From NCBI GenBank assembly GCA_963666835.2, contig CAXXGO010000001.1, positions 1,120,001 through 1,184,000 of the forward strand: a stretch of 64,000 nt of DNA, written 5' to 3'. Made by a program: the position numbers and the translations under genes. Position 1 is the stretch's first letter. Each line of letters begins with the position of its first letter. Below, in pieces: positions 1-9,434 of this stretch. The stretch is from Phycisphaerae bacterium. Lineage in GTDB: Bacteria; Planctomycetota; Phycisphaerae; UBA1845. The notes under the pieces are model-generated. The model was not told the origin of the DNA, ran no database searches, and worked only from the letters and a program-made list of their open reading frames with translations.

Positions 1-412
1 GACGTTGGCGATCTACGACACGATGCAGTTCATGGGCTGCGAGCTGGCCACCTATTGCATCGGTCAGGCGGCCAGCGGGGCGGCCGTCCTCCTTATGGCG
101 GGGACCAAAGGTAAACGGTTCATCCTGCCCAACGCGAAGGTGATGCTCCACCAACCGTACGGAGGCATTACGGGGCAGGCCGAGGACATCCGCATCCAGG
201 TCGAAGAAGTGCTTCGCGACAAGAGCCGACTCAATGAGATCATCGCCAGGTGTACCGGCAAGTCCGTCGAGATGGTGTCGGAAGAGATTGAGCGCGATCG
301 GTTCCTGAATGCCCAGGAGGCGCTGGACTACGGAATCGTGGATGAGATCCTCGAAGATCATGATTCAAAGAAGGACGGCGGAAAGAAGAAAAAGAAGAAG
401 AACGATCTGTAG
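1..412 (+). CDS. clpP: ATP-dependent Clp protease proteolytic subunit (5'-truncated by window edge)
   Basis: AIYDTMQF, QAASGAA (Ser), MLHQP (His), ERDRF (Asp); Lys-rich tail. Confidence 0.95.
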   Translation, partial: TLAIYDTMQFMGCELATYCIGQAASGAAVLLMAGTKGKRFILPNAKVMLHQPYGGITGQAEDIRIQVEEVLRDKSRLNEIIARCTGKSVEMVSEEIERDRFLNAQEALDYGIVDEILEDHDSKKDGGKKKKKKNDL

Positions 413-526
413 GTTCTGCGATCTTATCAGCCGGCCGGTAGCCGGATAGACAAACAACCGGAGTTGCTCGGCCGAGGTTGGCCGGGCAGCCCGGGTGAAA
501 CACTACAGCAAGCGAGATAGGGCTAT

Positions 527-1135
527 ATGAGCGTTATCAACCAGCGAGTCCCCTTCGTGGTCGAGTCTACCGGTCGTGGCGAGCGAGAGATGGACATCTT
601 CTCGCGCCTTCTCAAGGACCGGATTGTGTTCCTCACGGGTGGGATTGATGACGAGGTCGCGAACTTGATCGTGGCTCAGATGCTGTTCCTGTCGAACGAG
701 GACCCCAAGTCCGACGTTCACCTGTACGTCAACAGCCCGGGTGGATCCGTGTCGGCGGGTCTGGCCATTTACGACACGATGCAGTATCTGCGCTGTGACG
801 TTGCGACGTACAACGTCGGCATGTGTGCCAGTATGGGGGCAATCATCCTGTGCGGGGGGGAGAAGGGCAAGCGATATTTGCTGCCCAACTCCCGCACCTT
901 GCTGCATCAGCCGTTGATCGGCGGAGTGCTGGAGGGGCCGGCGACCGATCTATCGATCGAGGCCGAAGAGATCATCCGGTTGCGCAAGGTTCTCTACAAC
1001 ATCATCTCCTCGCGTACCGGTCGAGAGATGGACGTGGTCGAGAAGGACTGCGATCGTAACAAGTGGCTCGACGCGGGTGAGACGATTGACTATGGATTGG
1101 CTGATCGGGTTTTGGAGCGAATGCCAACTACGTAG
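527..1135 (+). CDS. clpP: ATP-dependent Clp protease proteolytic subunit, second paralog
   Basis: DIFSRLLKDRI, YVNSPGGSV, CASMG, LLHQP; Asn at the usual catalytic Asp position (DRNKW). Confidence 0.95.
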   Translation: MSVINQRVPFVVESTGRGEREMDIFSRLLKDRIVFLTGGIDDEVANLIVAQMLFLSNEDPKSDVHLYVNSPGGSVSAGLAIYDTMQYLRCDVATYNVGMCASMGAIILCGGEKGKRYLLPNSRTLLHQPLIGGVLEGPATDLSIEAEEIIRLRKVLYNIISSRTGREMDVVEKDCDRNKWLDAGETIDYGLADRVLERMPTT

Positions 1136-1149
1136 GAAGCCCGATTGCC

Positions 1150-1243
1150 CTCCGAGCCCCCCCCTTTTTTCAAGGGGGCGGACCTCCGAGCACCCCCTTT
1201 CAAGGGGGGTGGATCTCCGAGCACCCCCTTTCAAGGGGGTGGA
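1150..1243. repeat. Three tandem ~31-34 bp palindromic units (ctccgagcaccccctttcaaggggg); REP-like, possible bidirectional terminator
   Basis: Units start at ~1150, 1184, 1215, each with a ccccctt/aaggggg stem; lies between convergent genes. Confidence 0.8.
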
Positions 1244-1317
1244 CAACAAGAGTCCCCCAGGGCACGGATCGCTAGCCGGTGGGTCTCGACCTCACCGGCT
1301 CTGCTTCTGCGCAGAGT

Positions 1318-1887
1318 CTACACGCTCAGAAAGTTGGCGAGCAGGCGACTGCCTTCGTCGGTGAGGAAGCTCTCCGGGTGAAACTGCACACCCTCGATCG
1401 GCATTTCACGATGCCGCAAGCCCATCAGTTCGTTGCGGTCGGTCCACGCCGTCACTACCAGTTCGGCGGGTAGCGAGTCACGATCCACGCACAGCGAGTG
1501 ATACCGCGTGGCCGTGAACGGGTTCGTAAGCTCCCGGTAGACTCCCGCGCCGTCGTGGTGAATCAGACTGGTCTTGCCATGCATGAGCCGCGGGGCCCGC
1601 ACAACGCGAGCGCCGAAGACTTGGCCAATGCACTGGTGCCCCAGACAAACCCCCAGGAGCGGGACCTTGCCGCCGAAAGCTTCGACCACATCCATGCTGA
1701 TCCCGGCTTCGTTAGGAGTACACGGACCGGGTGATATGATGACGCGTTCGGGACGAAGAGCCTCTAACTCGCCGACGGTCGCCGCGTCGTTACGTACAAC
1801 TTCTACCTCGGTCTGCCGGCTCAGTTCGCCGATTCGCTGGACGAGGTTGTAGGTGAAAGAGTCGTAATTATCGATGATCAGAATCAC
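1318..1887 (-). CDS. trpG: Anthranilate/aminodeoxychorismate synthase component II (TrpG/PabA glutamine amidotransferase)
   Basis: [30 protein letters not shown]; trpG versus pabA cannot be resolved here. Confidence 0.92.
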   Translation of the reverse strand: MILIIDNYDSFTYNLVQRIGELSRQTEVEVVRNDAATVGELEALRPERVIISPGPCTPNEAGISMDVVEAFGGKVPLLGVCLGHQCIGQVFGARVVRAPRLMHGKTSLIHHDGAGVYRELTNPFTATRYHSLCVDRDSLPAELVVTAWTDRNELMGLRHREMPIEGVQFHPESFLTDEGSRLLANFLSV

Positions 1888-1931
1888 GGATCGAGATTAG
1901 CAGGCCGTCCCGGGATTAGCAACGATCATGC

Positions 1932-3140
1932 TTACCTCGATCCGGTCTCCCCACAATCGGCGCACGCGCAGACCAGCTCGGCCATCACTGCATTCGCCAC
2001 GAGACGCCCCTGACGGGTCAGGGCGATGTGCGTATCCGAGACGGTGAGCAGCCCGAGCCCCACCAGCCTATCCAACGGCTCGCGGAACGTCTCACGCGGA
2101 TCCGCCTGAGTGAGCTCATGGCAATGTGCCAGGGACAGGCCCTCGGTCAGCCGAAGCTGCATCAAGATTGCCTCGGTCAGCAGCATCGACGAGTCCAGTT
2201 GTTCCGACTCGAGCTCCGCATGCCCCCGATCTGCCATGAGTCGGAGATACTCAGCGACATCGGCGACATTTCGATACCGACGCCGCCCAATCCGTCCGAC
2301 CGCCGACGGTCCGACCCCGATGTACGGGCCGTTTCGCCAATAGATGAGATTGTGCCGGCATTCGCAGTCGGGTCGGGCGAAGTTGCTGAGCTCGTATTGG
2401 GCATAGCCGCATTGGGCAAGTTGATCGACGGCCTGGAGGTACAGGTCGGCCTCAAGCTGCTCATCACACGGGTCAACGTCCTTGCGGTCCCGCCGCCTCG
2501 TCAGCCTGGTGTTCGGTTCGTAGGTGAGTCCGTAGCAGGCGATGTGCTGGGGTCCGAGATCCACCGCCCGTCGGATCGATTCGGCCCAGGTTGCCGCCGT
2601 CTGGCCCGGAATACCGAAAATGAGATCCAAGCCGATCCGGTTGATACCGTTGTCTCGGAGTGTAGCTACCGATGGCGCCACGTCTTCCGCACAGTGCTCC
2701 CGTTCCAGAACCGCCAGCTCGGCAGCGGAAAACGACTGCGCGCCTAACGAGACCCGCGTTACACCGCCTTTGACCAACGTGCGGGCTTTGCTTGCATTCA
2801 CGGTAGCCGGGTTCGCCTCGACCGTAAACTCGGCCGGAGCGTGGCCCGAAAGGACCTGCTGCACCGTACCGAGCAGAACTCCCAACTGCTCTTCGGCCAG
2901 GACGGTTGGAGTGCCGCCCCCAACGAAGACCGTGGCGATCTCCCCGGGGATTTCGGCCGCCCGACGCCGCAGCTCGCGGCAAAGGTGCTCAACCAAAGCG
3001 GCGCCGTCACGTTCCCCGGTTGTTACGGAGTAGAAATCGCAGTAGGCGCATTTCGACCGACAGAACGGTACGTGGATATAGAGTCCGTAGGGACCATCGT
3101 CTAGGGTTCCAGAGTGTGCGCCTGCCGCCATGACTACCAT
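1932..3140 (-). CDS. hemW: Radical SAM heme chaperone HemW (HemN-like)
   Basis: YIHVPFCRSKCAYCDF, GGGTPT, YELSNF, HNLIYW. Confidence 0.88.
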   Translation of the reverse strand: MVVMAAGAHSGTLDDGPYGLYIHVPFCRSKCAYCDFYSVTTGERDGAALVEHLCRELRRRAAEIPGEIATVFVGGGTPTVLAEEQLGVLLGTVQQVLSGHAPAEFTVEANPATVNASKARTLVKGGVTRVSLGAQSFSAAELAVLEREHCAEDVAPSVATLRDNGINRIGLDLIFGIPGQTAATWAESIRRAVDLGPQHIACYGLTYEPNTRLTRRRDRKDVDPCDEQLEADLYLQAVDQLAQCGYAQYELSNFARPDCECRHNLIYWRNGPYIGVGPSAVGRIGRRRYRNVADVAEYLRLMADRGHAELESEQLDSSMLLTEAILMQLRLTEGLSLAHCHELTQADPRETFREPLDRLVGLGLLTVSDTHIALTRQGRLVANAVMAELVCACADCGETGSR

Positions 3141-3332
3141 GATAGGGCCGATCCCACTTTCACGTCAGTGGGGCGGCAGGCCGCTTCCGGCGTCGGTTGT
3201 TGCCAAGAAGGGGGGCTTGAATCGGTGGAGTTGAATGATCTTGCACGTGCGGATATAGTTGTGCGTAGATTGGGCGCCGGGTTGGCCCGTCTGCGCCTCT
3301 GGATGAGAACACCAAGTAACGGACGTGTGCTC

Positions 3333-3812
3333 ATGGACGTGAAGTTCATCATGTTTCGCGAGGACGGCAAACGCCGAGACTTACCCCTGACACCGGGAGC
3401 GACGACGATCGGCCGCAAGGACGATTGCGGGATTCGTATTCCTCTTGGGGAGGTTTCGCGCCATCATGCCGAGGTGACGGTTGGCGACGACGGTGTTGTT
3501 CTGCGCGACTTGGGCGGTGCTAACGGTACCTTCCTTAACAACCGGCGGATCCAGGACGAAGAGGATCTGGAACCGGGGGATCAGGTCATGGTCGGTCCGG
3601 TGGTGTTCACCGTGCAGATTGACGGCGATCCTGCGGATGACGAACTTGTCGAGGTGCGGACGAAGAATCCCGGGCGCAAGAGCGGTGGTGCGGCGGTAGG
3701 TACGTCGGCCCACGTGTTTATGTCCGATGAGGAGACCGACCCCATCGCGGCGCTCGAGGCTTTGGCCTCCAGCGCCGATCAAACGGCGATCAATCCGGAA
3801 GATGATGAGTAG
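3333..3812 (+). CDS. FHA domain protein
   Basis: IGR...VSRHHA...DLGGANGTFLN; start moved to ATG 3333. Confidence 0.88.
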   Translation: MDVKFIMFREDGKRRDLPLTPGATTIGRKDDCGIRIPLGEVSRHHAEVTVGDDGVVLRDLGGANGTFLNNRRIQDEEDLEPGDQVMVGPVVFTVQIDGDPADDELVEVRTKNPGRKSGGAAVGTSAHVFMSDEETDPIAALEALASSADQTAINPEDDE

Positions 3813-3876
3813 AACGGAGGTCTGCTTCTTTCAGTTTGGGCGCATCCCGTGGTCCGGACGATTTCGCCGCGGGTAT

Positions 3877-6054
3877 CTACAGGTGAGACAGATCTTTAGC
3901 TTCGCTCTCGGCCGCCAGGAACCGGTCGGTGTAGCGCGGGTCCACTTGCTGACACACTCTTGTCGCTAGCTCGCCGATTCTTTCGTAGTCCGGATCGCCT
4001 CCGGAACGCTCGAGGAACTCCCCCGCCAGGATCACCAGACGCAAAAGATGCCGGAGAACGACCCCTTCGTTCTTGGACAGGTTGCGCTCGCGCACGTACT
4101 TGTAGAAATCGCAATCGAATTCGAAGATCCCCCCGGCCACCCGCTTCGGTTGCACCCGGACATCCTCCGGCATCGCCAACTTCGCGTCGAAGAGCGCCTT
4201 GAGCATCTCCGGTACGGTCATCGACCGCTGAACCTCCTCCTCCGCCCAGTAATCCGCACCCGCATCGTGGTCCGGAAGCAGAATCCCACCCTCCGGATGA
4301 GGTAGCGCGATTCCCATCTGCAAGAGAGTGGGCTCTAAGACTTCCCTTTGGAGAGGACCCGGCTCCAGGTCGTCCCGCAGGCGCGTGGCGCGTCCCATTG
4401 CCGGTGGAATCGACAGGACCGATTCGAGGGCCTGGGTTTTCTCTTCGAGATCACCCCGGCGCAGTTGGTCGGTCAGAAAAGCGCCGTAGAGTGGATCGAC
4501 GCTGCGAAAGACCGTCAACTCATGGATCGTGTCATTGATCGTAACGTGGTCACCGTCCTCAGATTTGGTGAGGTAGCCGAATCTCGCCAGGTTGTCGGTC
4601 ATGTAGTCTGTCTGGTTCTGGAACTTCTCCAGCTTGGCGGCCGTGTTGAACCGCTTGGACAGAAACTCGCGCACCTCGGCCAGCGAGCCGCTTCTGGTTA
4701 GCAGGTAGATCAGGACCTGATACGGGATCATCGACCGGCTGGCGAGCTTGGCCGGGCCGGAGTTGATCAGCACGCGCATCTGCCCTTCGGTCCAGTACTG
4801 AACCGTCTTGCGTCGTGACGGTTTCTTGCGCTCGAGCTGTTTGCGGGCTCGGAGGATCCCGGGGTCTTTCGAATTCGGGTCAATCTGATCGTACTTCTTC
4901 CGCCATTTCTCGATCTTGACGTCATCGTCGTGGGCGAGCACGAAGACGTAGCCCTGAGTGTCAAACTGGGGACGACCCGCTCGTCCGAACATCTGGTGGG
5001 CCGCCGAACCGGGGATGAGCTTCTGCTCGCCATGTTTCCCCTTCAAAAGCGTGCTGAGCACGACCGAACGCGCGGGGAGGTTAATCCCTGCCGCGAGGGT
5101 CTCCGTGCAAACGACAAAGGGGATGAGCTTACGGAAGAACAGGTTCTCGACGATTACCTTGTACTTGGGAAGGATCCCCGCATGATGCACGCCCACTCCG
5201 CGGATCAGCATCTGCCGGAGCTTGGGCCCGATCCCCTCGGCAAAGACGGCCGGGTCGATCGACGACTCGATCTCCGCTCGGGCTGCGGGGCTGATGAGGT
5301 TCGCTCCTTTGAGCCGTTCGGCCACTTCCCAGCACTCGTCTCTATTGAAGCAGAATACCAGCGCGGGGGCGCGATTCTCAGTATCGTCTGCGGAGACCAT
5401 GCTTGGAAGGTGTTCCGTCAGGAGCTTGTCACCGACCCATTCAAACTCCAGCGGCACGCGTCTTTCATCGGTCTGCACCAACCGCAGCTTCCGCCCGTGC
5501 TGTTCGCCGGCCCAACGGACGAACTCGACGGTGTTCCCCACGGTTGCCGAGAGCAGCATGAGGCGGATGTGCTTGGGGAGCAAGGCCAGCGATAGCTCCC
5601 ACACAATGCCACGCTCGCGGTCGTTGAAGTAGTGGAACTCGTCCATGACCACGCCGCTGGTTTCCGCAAGCTGCTCGTCGCCGGCCAGCAGGTGGTTGAG
5701 CAGGATCTCGGCCACGACCACCCGGACGCGCGCATTGGGATTCTCACGCCGGTTGCCGGTGATCAACCCGATCTCCTGACGGGGGAATCCCCAATCCTCG
5801 GCGCGATCCTGGAATTCGCGGAACTTCTGATCGGTCAGCGCAATCAGGGGCGTGGTGTAATAGAGGTACTGCCCGGCCTGGAGGGCTTCGAATATCGCAG
5901 CTTCCGCGATGAGGGTCTTGCCCATCCCGGTCGGCGCGGAGATTAACGCACCCCCTTCCGATTCGAACCAGGCTAAGAGAGCCTCCTCCTGGAATGGGTA
6001 GAGATCGAACGAGAGCGTATCCAGAAAACGATCACAAATATCGCCGCGGTCCAT
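3877..6054 (-). CDS. DEAD/DEAH-box superfamily II helicase (Ski2/HelY-like)
   Basis: APTGMGKT, DEFH, SAT, TETLAAGINLPA, QMFGRAGR. Confidence 0.92.
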   Translation of the reverse strand: MDRGDICDRFLDTLSFDLYPFQEEALLAWFESEGGALISAPTGMGKTLIAEAAIFEALQAGQYLYYTTPLIALTDQKFREFQDRAEDWGFPRQEIGLITGNRRENPNARVRVVVAEILLNHLLAGDEQLAETSGVVMDEFHYFNDRERGIVWELSLALLPKHIRLMLLSATVGNTVEFVRWAGEQHGRKLRLVQTDERRVPLEFEWVGDKLLTEHLPSMVSADDTENRAPALVFCFNRDECWEVAERLKGANLISPAARAEIESSIDPAVFAEGIGPKLRQMLIRGVGVHHAGILPKYKVIVENLFFRKLIPFVVCTETLAAGINLPARSVVLSTLLKGKHGEQKLIPGSAAHQMFGRAGRPQFDTQGYVFVLAHDDDVKIEKWRKKYDQIDPNSKDPGILRARKQLERKKPSRRKTVQYWTEGQMRVLINSGPAKLASRSMIPYQVLIYLLTRSGSLAEVREFLSKRFNTAAKLEKFQNQTDYMTDNLARFGYLTKSEDGDHVTINDTIHELTVFRSVDPLYGAFLTDQLRRGDLEEKTQALESVLSIPPAMGRATRLRDDLEPGPLQREVLEPTLLQMGIALPHPEGGILLPDHDAGADYWAEEEVQRSMTVPEMLKALFDAKLAMPEDVRVQPKRVAGGIFEFDCDFYKYVRERNLSKNEGVVLRHLLRLVILAGEFLERSGGDPDYERIGELATRVCQQVDPRYTDRFLAAESEAKDLSHL

Positions 6055-6128
6055 ATCGCCAGCATAGCGAAGACCGGTCGGAAGGCGAATACCAGAGTTG
6101 TGCCGGACGGGAGATGCTGGCGTCCGCC

Positions 6129-6278
6129 CTATCCACCCAGCAGCGCCGCATAGAGCATGGACTCCGCCAAGCTCGTGGCTAACGGGCTCAAAGCGGACAG
6201 GCAGCCCACCAATTGGAGCAAACAGCCGCCAGCGGCGGCGAGCGCCGCAAGACGTGCGATTCGACGTTTCATCCGCAT
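6129..6278 (-). CDS. Small exported/membrane peptide (49 aa), lipoprotein-like signal
   Basis: AAGGAG RBS before ATG 6278; MRMKRRIARLAALAAAGG...LVGC. Confidence 0.55.
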   Translation of the reverse strand: MRMKRRIARLAALAAAGGCLLQLVGCLSALSPLATSLAESMLYAALLGG

Positions 6279-6420
6279 CGAGAACGGCTCCTTTGCCAAG
6301 GACTCACCCTGAAGCCGTCCGGGCGAGTCCAAACTTCGGATCACCACGAAAAAGTGCTCAGACGGAACTTGTCCGCCCGAGCACTTCAAATGACCATCAC
6401 AATACTGGCGGAACCGCGGT

Positions 6421-6696
6421 CTATGGATCAAGGTCGTAGATAAGACCAAGCGGTTCGTACGGGTCGTCTCCGCAGTAGCCCGGAATGACGCACGTCGGGT
6501 CTACCGACCAGTCGCCGATATCAGCGGCCTGCGTCAGGAAGTACCCCGACGGAATATTGGCGAACACCGTACCGGCCGGGTCGGCGTACCGCGTAGCATT
6601 GACCAAGAAGTCGTTGCATGACCCGATCAAGCCGCAGGCAAACCCCCCGGCTAGAACCACCCCCACAAGTCGTTTGAATCTCGACCGTCTAATCAT
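6421..6696 (-). CDS. Small putative lipoprotein (91 aa)
   Basis: Basic N-terminus, hydrophobic stretch, IGSC; acidic Cys-containing mature part. Confidence 0.6.
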   Translation of the reverse strand: MIRRSRFKRLVGVVLAGGFACGLIGSCNDFLVNATRYADPAGTVFANIPSGYFLTQAADIGDWSVDPTCVIPGYCGDDPYEPLGLIYDLDP

Positions 6697-6786
6697 TCTT
6701 CCTGACCTCGTTACGAGTGTCCCCCGAAACATCCACAGTCAACAATCGACCTACTTCCGCATGCCTTGACCATCCAACCGCAGCCC

Positions 6787-7014
6787 TTAATCGGCTGTCG
6801 GGCAGTCGGCGAAGAGCGGGTTGTCGCCGGCGCATGGGTCTATCGTTCCGCCCAAAATGCCGTTTTGGCAGTCGAAAATGAAGCAAAAGTTGGTTGCCTC
6901 TAAGAGCGAGTCCCCGGCGTAGCTGATGCAGCCTGCACTGGGGCCAGCCAAGAGGAAACCGCTGCCGCCAATCAAACCGGCAGCCACCGCAATCCGACGG
7001 TAGCGAGAACGCAT
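6787..7014 (-). CDS. Small putative lipoprotein (75 aa), Cys-rich
   Basis: GGAG RBS; MRSRYRR, hydrophobic stretch, SAGC; four further Cys. Confidence 0.6.
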   Translation of the reverse strand: MRSRYRRIAVAAGLIGGSGFLLAGPSAGCISYAGDSLLEATNFCFIFDCQNGILGGTIDPCAGDNPLFADCPTAD

Positions 7015-7249
7015 ACCAAAACTCCCTGTCTTCTAAGAGGTCACCTTTCGGCAAACAGCTAAGCTCGGTCCCTTCAAACCGGAAGGTGACCAAACACCTC
7101 GGCACGAGTATAGGAGCCGGACAGACCCGTCGCAAGCCGTTGACCGCGCCTTTTCGGTCTCCCAGGCCTTTCCGGGAGGAGCCGCCCCCATGCGACACCC
7201 CCGCGCCGCACACTCATTATCTCGGCAGGAAACTGTCTCGGCAAGCGGA

Positions 7250-8311
7250 TCAACCTGCAAGAGTTTCTGCGATTCTCCCGGCAGATACCGGCTCTATGAT
7301 TCCTCGCTCGGTGATGATCCCTCGAATCAACCCTGCCGGGGTTACATCGAAGGCTGGGCAATAGCACGCCACGTTCGCCGGGGCGGTCTCCCGGCCGAAT
7401 CCTCGCCTAATCTCATCCGCCCCCCGCTGCTCAACTGGGATTCCGGATCCATTCTTCACTGTAAGATCAAACGTACTGCTTGGCGCTGCGACGTAAAATG
7501 GGATTCCGTGGTGCCGGGCGAGCACCGCTACGGCGTATGTGCCTATCTTGTTGGCGGTATCGCCGTTGGCGGCGATTCGATCGGCCCCGACTATGACGAG
7601 ATCGACCTGGCCCGCCTGCATAAGAGCCCCGGCCATGTTGTCACAGAGCAGGGTCACGTCCAAACCGGCACGCTGCAGCTCCCACGTTGTCAGTCGAGCT
7701 CCTTGCAGCAAGGGGCGAGTTTCGTCGGCATACACTCGAAAAGACCGCCCGGACTCATGGGCGGCGTAGAGCGGAGCCAGCGCAGTGCCGTACTCCGCGG
7801 TCGCCAGCGCTCCTGCGTTGCAGTGCGTCAATACGCCGCTGCTGGGCTTGATCAGCGGGGCACCGTGGCGGCCGATTCCCCGGCACATCGCCGCGTCTTC
7901 GCTCCGGATACGGCAGGCTTCTTCGAGCAACGCCTGCTTAATGGCCGGCACGCTCTCCCATTCCCGCGAGCGCGCCAAGTCCTTCATGCGCCCCAGGGCC
8001 CACGGGAGATTGACGGCGGTAGGGCGGGCGGCGGCCAGCCGCTCACAGACTCGATCCAGACATCCCGAAAACTCGTCGAGACTTTCGCCGGCGAAGTTAC
8101 GAGTCCCCAGTACGACACCCATCGCCGCGGCGATACCGATTGCCGGGGCTCCGCGAACACGAAGGGTCTTGATTGCCTCCCAGATGGTCTCGACATCTTG
8201 GCAGTCGAGAAAACGCAGCTCGCCGGGCAGTAGAGTCTGATCGATTATTCGCGCGCACCCGTCGAGCCCGCCGATCCACTCAATCGACCGGGGCGGCATC
8301 TGGGCCGTCAT
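7250..8311 (-). CDS. mtnA: S-methyl-5-thioribose-1-phosphate isomerase
   Basis: VRGAPAIG, RPTAVNL, THCNAGALAT, DETRPLLQGARLT, NKIGTY. Confidence 0.96.
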   Translation of the reverse strand: MTAQMPPRSIEWIGGLDGCARIIDQTLLPGELRFLDCQDVETIWEAIKTLRVRGAPAIGIAAAMGVVLGTRNFAGESLDEFSGCLDRVCERLAAARPTAVNLPWALGRMKDLARSREWESVPAIKQALLEEACRIRSEDAAMCRGIGRHGAPLIKPSSGVLTHCNAGALATAEYGTALAPLYAAHESGRSFRVYADETRPLLQGARLTTWELQRAGLDVTLLCDNMAGALMQAGQVDLVIVGADRIAANGDTANKIGTYAVAVLARHHGIPFYVAAPSSTFDLTVKNGSGIPVEQRGADEIRRGFGRETAPANVACYCPAFDVTPAGLIRGIITERGIIEPVSAGRIAETLAG

Positions 8312-8814
8312 GATCCGATCTTCTTTTGCAGGGCGTCGTTCTTGGCCGCTACGCCTGCGGCTTGCTCTGCTTTGAACTTCGCGAGCGCCGCCGCCAGTTT
8401 CTCATCTTTGCGAGCGATGATCTGCAGCGCCAGCAAGGCGGCGTTCTTGGCTCCGGCGCTGCCGATTCCCACGCCCGCTACGGGGATTCCGGGTGGCATC
8501 TGCACGGTGGACAGCAGGGCATCAACGCCCTGCAATGCTCCGCTGACCAACGGCACCCCGATCACCGGTAGTATCGTGTGGGCGGCAATACTGCCGGCCA
8601 GCGCCGCCGACATTCCCGCTCCGGCGATGATTACCTCGAGCCCGTCACTCGCCGCGCGACTCGCGAAGGTGTGTACCCGTTCCGGTGTTCGGTGGGCGCT
8701 CATCACCTCTACGAGCGGGGTCTCGCCTAACGTCTTCAACTGCTCGACGCACTTCTCCATCACCGGCCAGTCGGAGTCGCTTCCGAACACGACGGCTACT
8801 CTCGGTTTGGGCAT
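8308..8814 (-). CDS. purE: N5-carboxyaminoimidazole ribonucleotide mutase
   Basis: GSDSD, SAHRTP, STVQMPPGIPVA; AAGGAG RBS before ATG 8814. Confidence 0.96.
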   Translation of the reverse strand: MPKPRVAVVFGSDSDWPVMEKCVEQLKTLGETPLVEVMSAHRTPERVHTFASRAASDGLEVIIAGAGMSAALAGSIAAHTILPVIGVPLVSGALQGVDALLSTVQMPPGIPVAGVGIGSAGAKNAALLALQIIARKDEKLAAALAKFKAEQAAGVAAKNDALQKKIGS

Positions 8815-9224
8815 CCTGGTCTCCTTCGTTACCACTGGTTCGGCTATGGTCTGAACTCGTAAAGACCCGCTATGCGGACCCTATCCATGAAAGGCATGTC
8901 CCGGTCAAGTATAAAACATTCCCATTCGGTCCGGCTGCTTGCTGATTCGGCAGGCAACGGGGCTGTTCGATTGGGGTCAATCCGATTATCCTGGCGTTGT
9001 CTTGCGAGAGGGTAGGGCAACGCAGGAGTGCGACCCGAGCGCCCGCAAGACCCGAGGGCAGACTCTTGACGACCTGGTCAAGGGCAGGGGCGTCCATCGT
9101 AGCTGGTGGACGCCTCTTATCATATGTTCTGCAGTCTGCTCTTGGTCCAAAGCGATAAACTCCGGGGGTCTGGGGGCAGCGTCCCCAGTTCCGCCGTAGG
9201 CGGGAAAGCCCGACCCCGCGGGCG

Positions 9225-9434
9225 TTTCCCAGTGTCTTTCTCGTATCTGTCTCGTCCGTGTACCGGTTCGGACTAGATCTCTCGATCGGTCCATCTATCC
9301 ATTCGCGCTACCGCTTGCCTGCCGACATAACAACATGATGTCGATCCGATGCCACCATGGGACACCGGGCGCGGGGTCGCATGATCTCGTCCGGTACGGG
9401 CGGCCCATTTACTACGAGGCCTGGAGCCGTCTTC
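9225..9434 (-). ncRNA. Candidate bridge/seek RNA in the IS110 downstream end (boundaries approximate)
   Basis: Two homologous modules (ATGGRCCG...GTAC(A)CGGACGAGA) preceded by gtagta (~target gtggta) and atggata (= IS right end). Confidence 0.6.

Noticed and set aside
1150..1243. Possible CRISPR
   Set aside because: Units are adjacent with no spacers.
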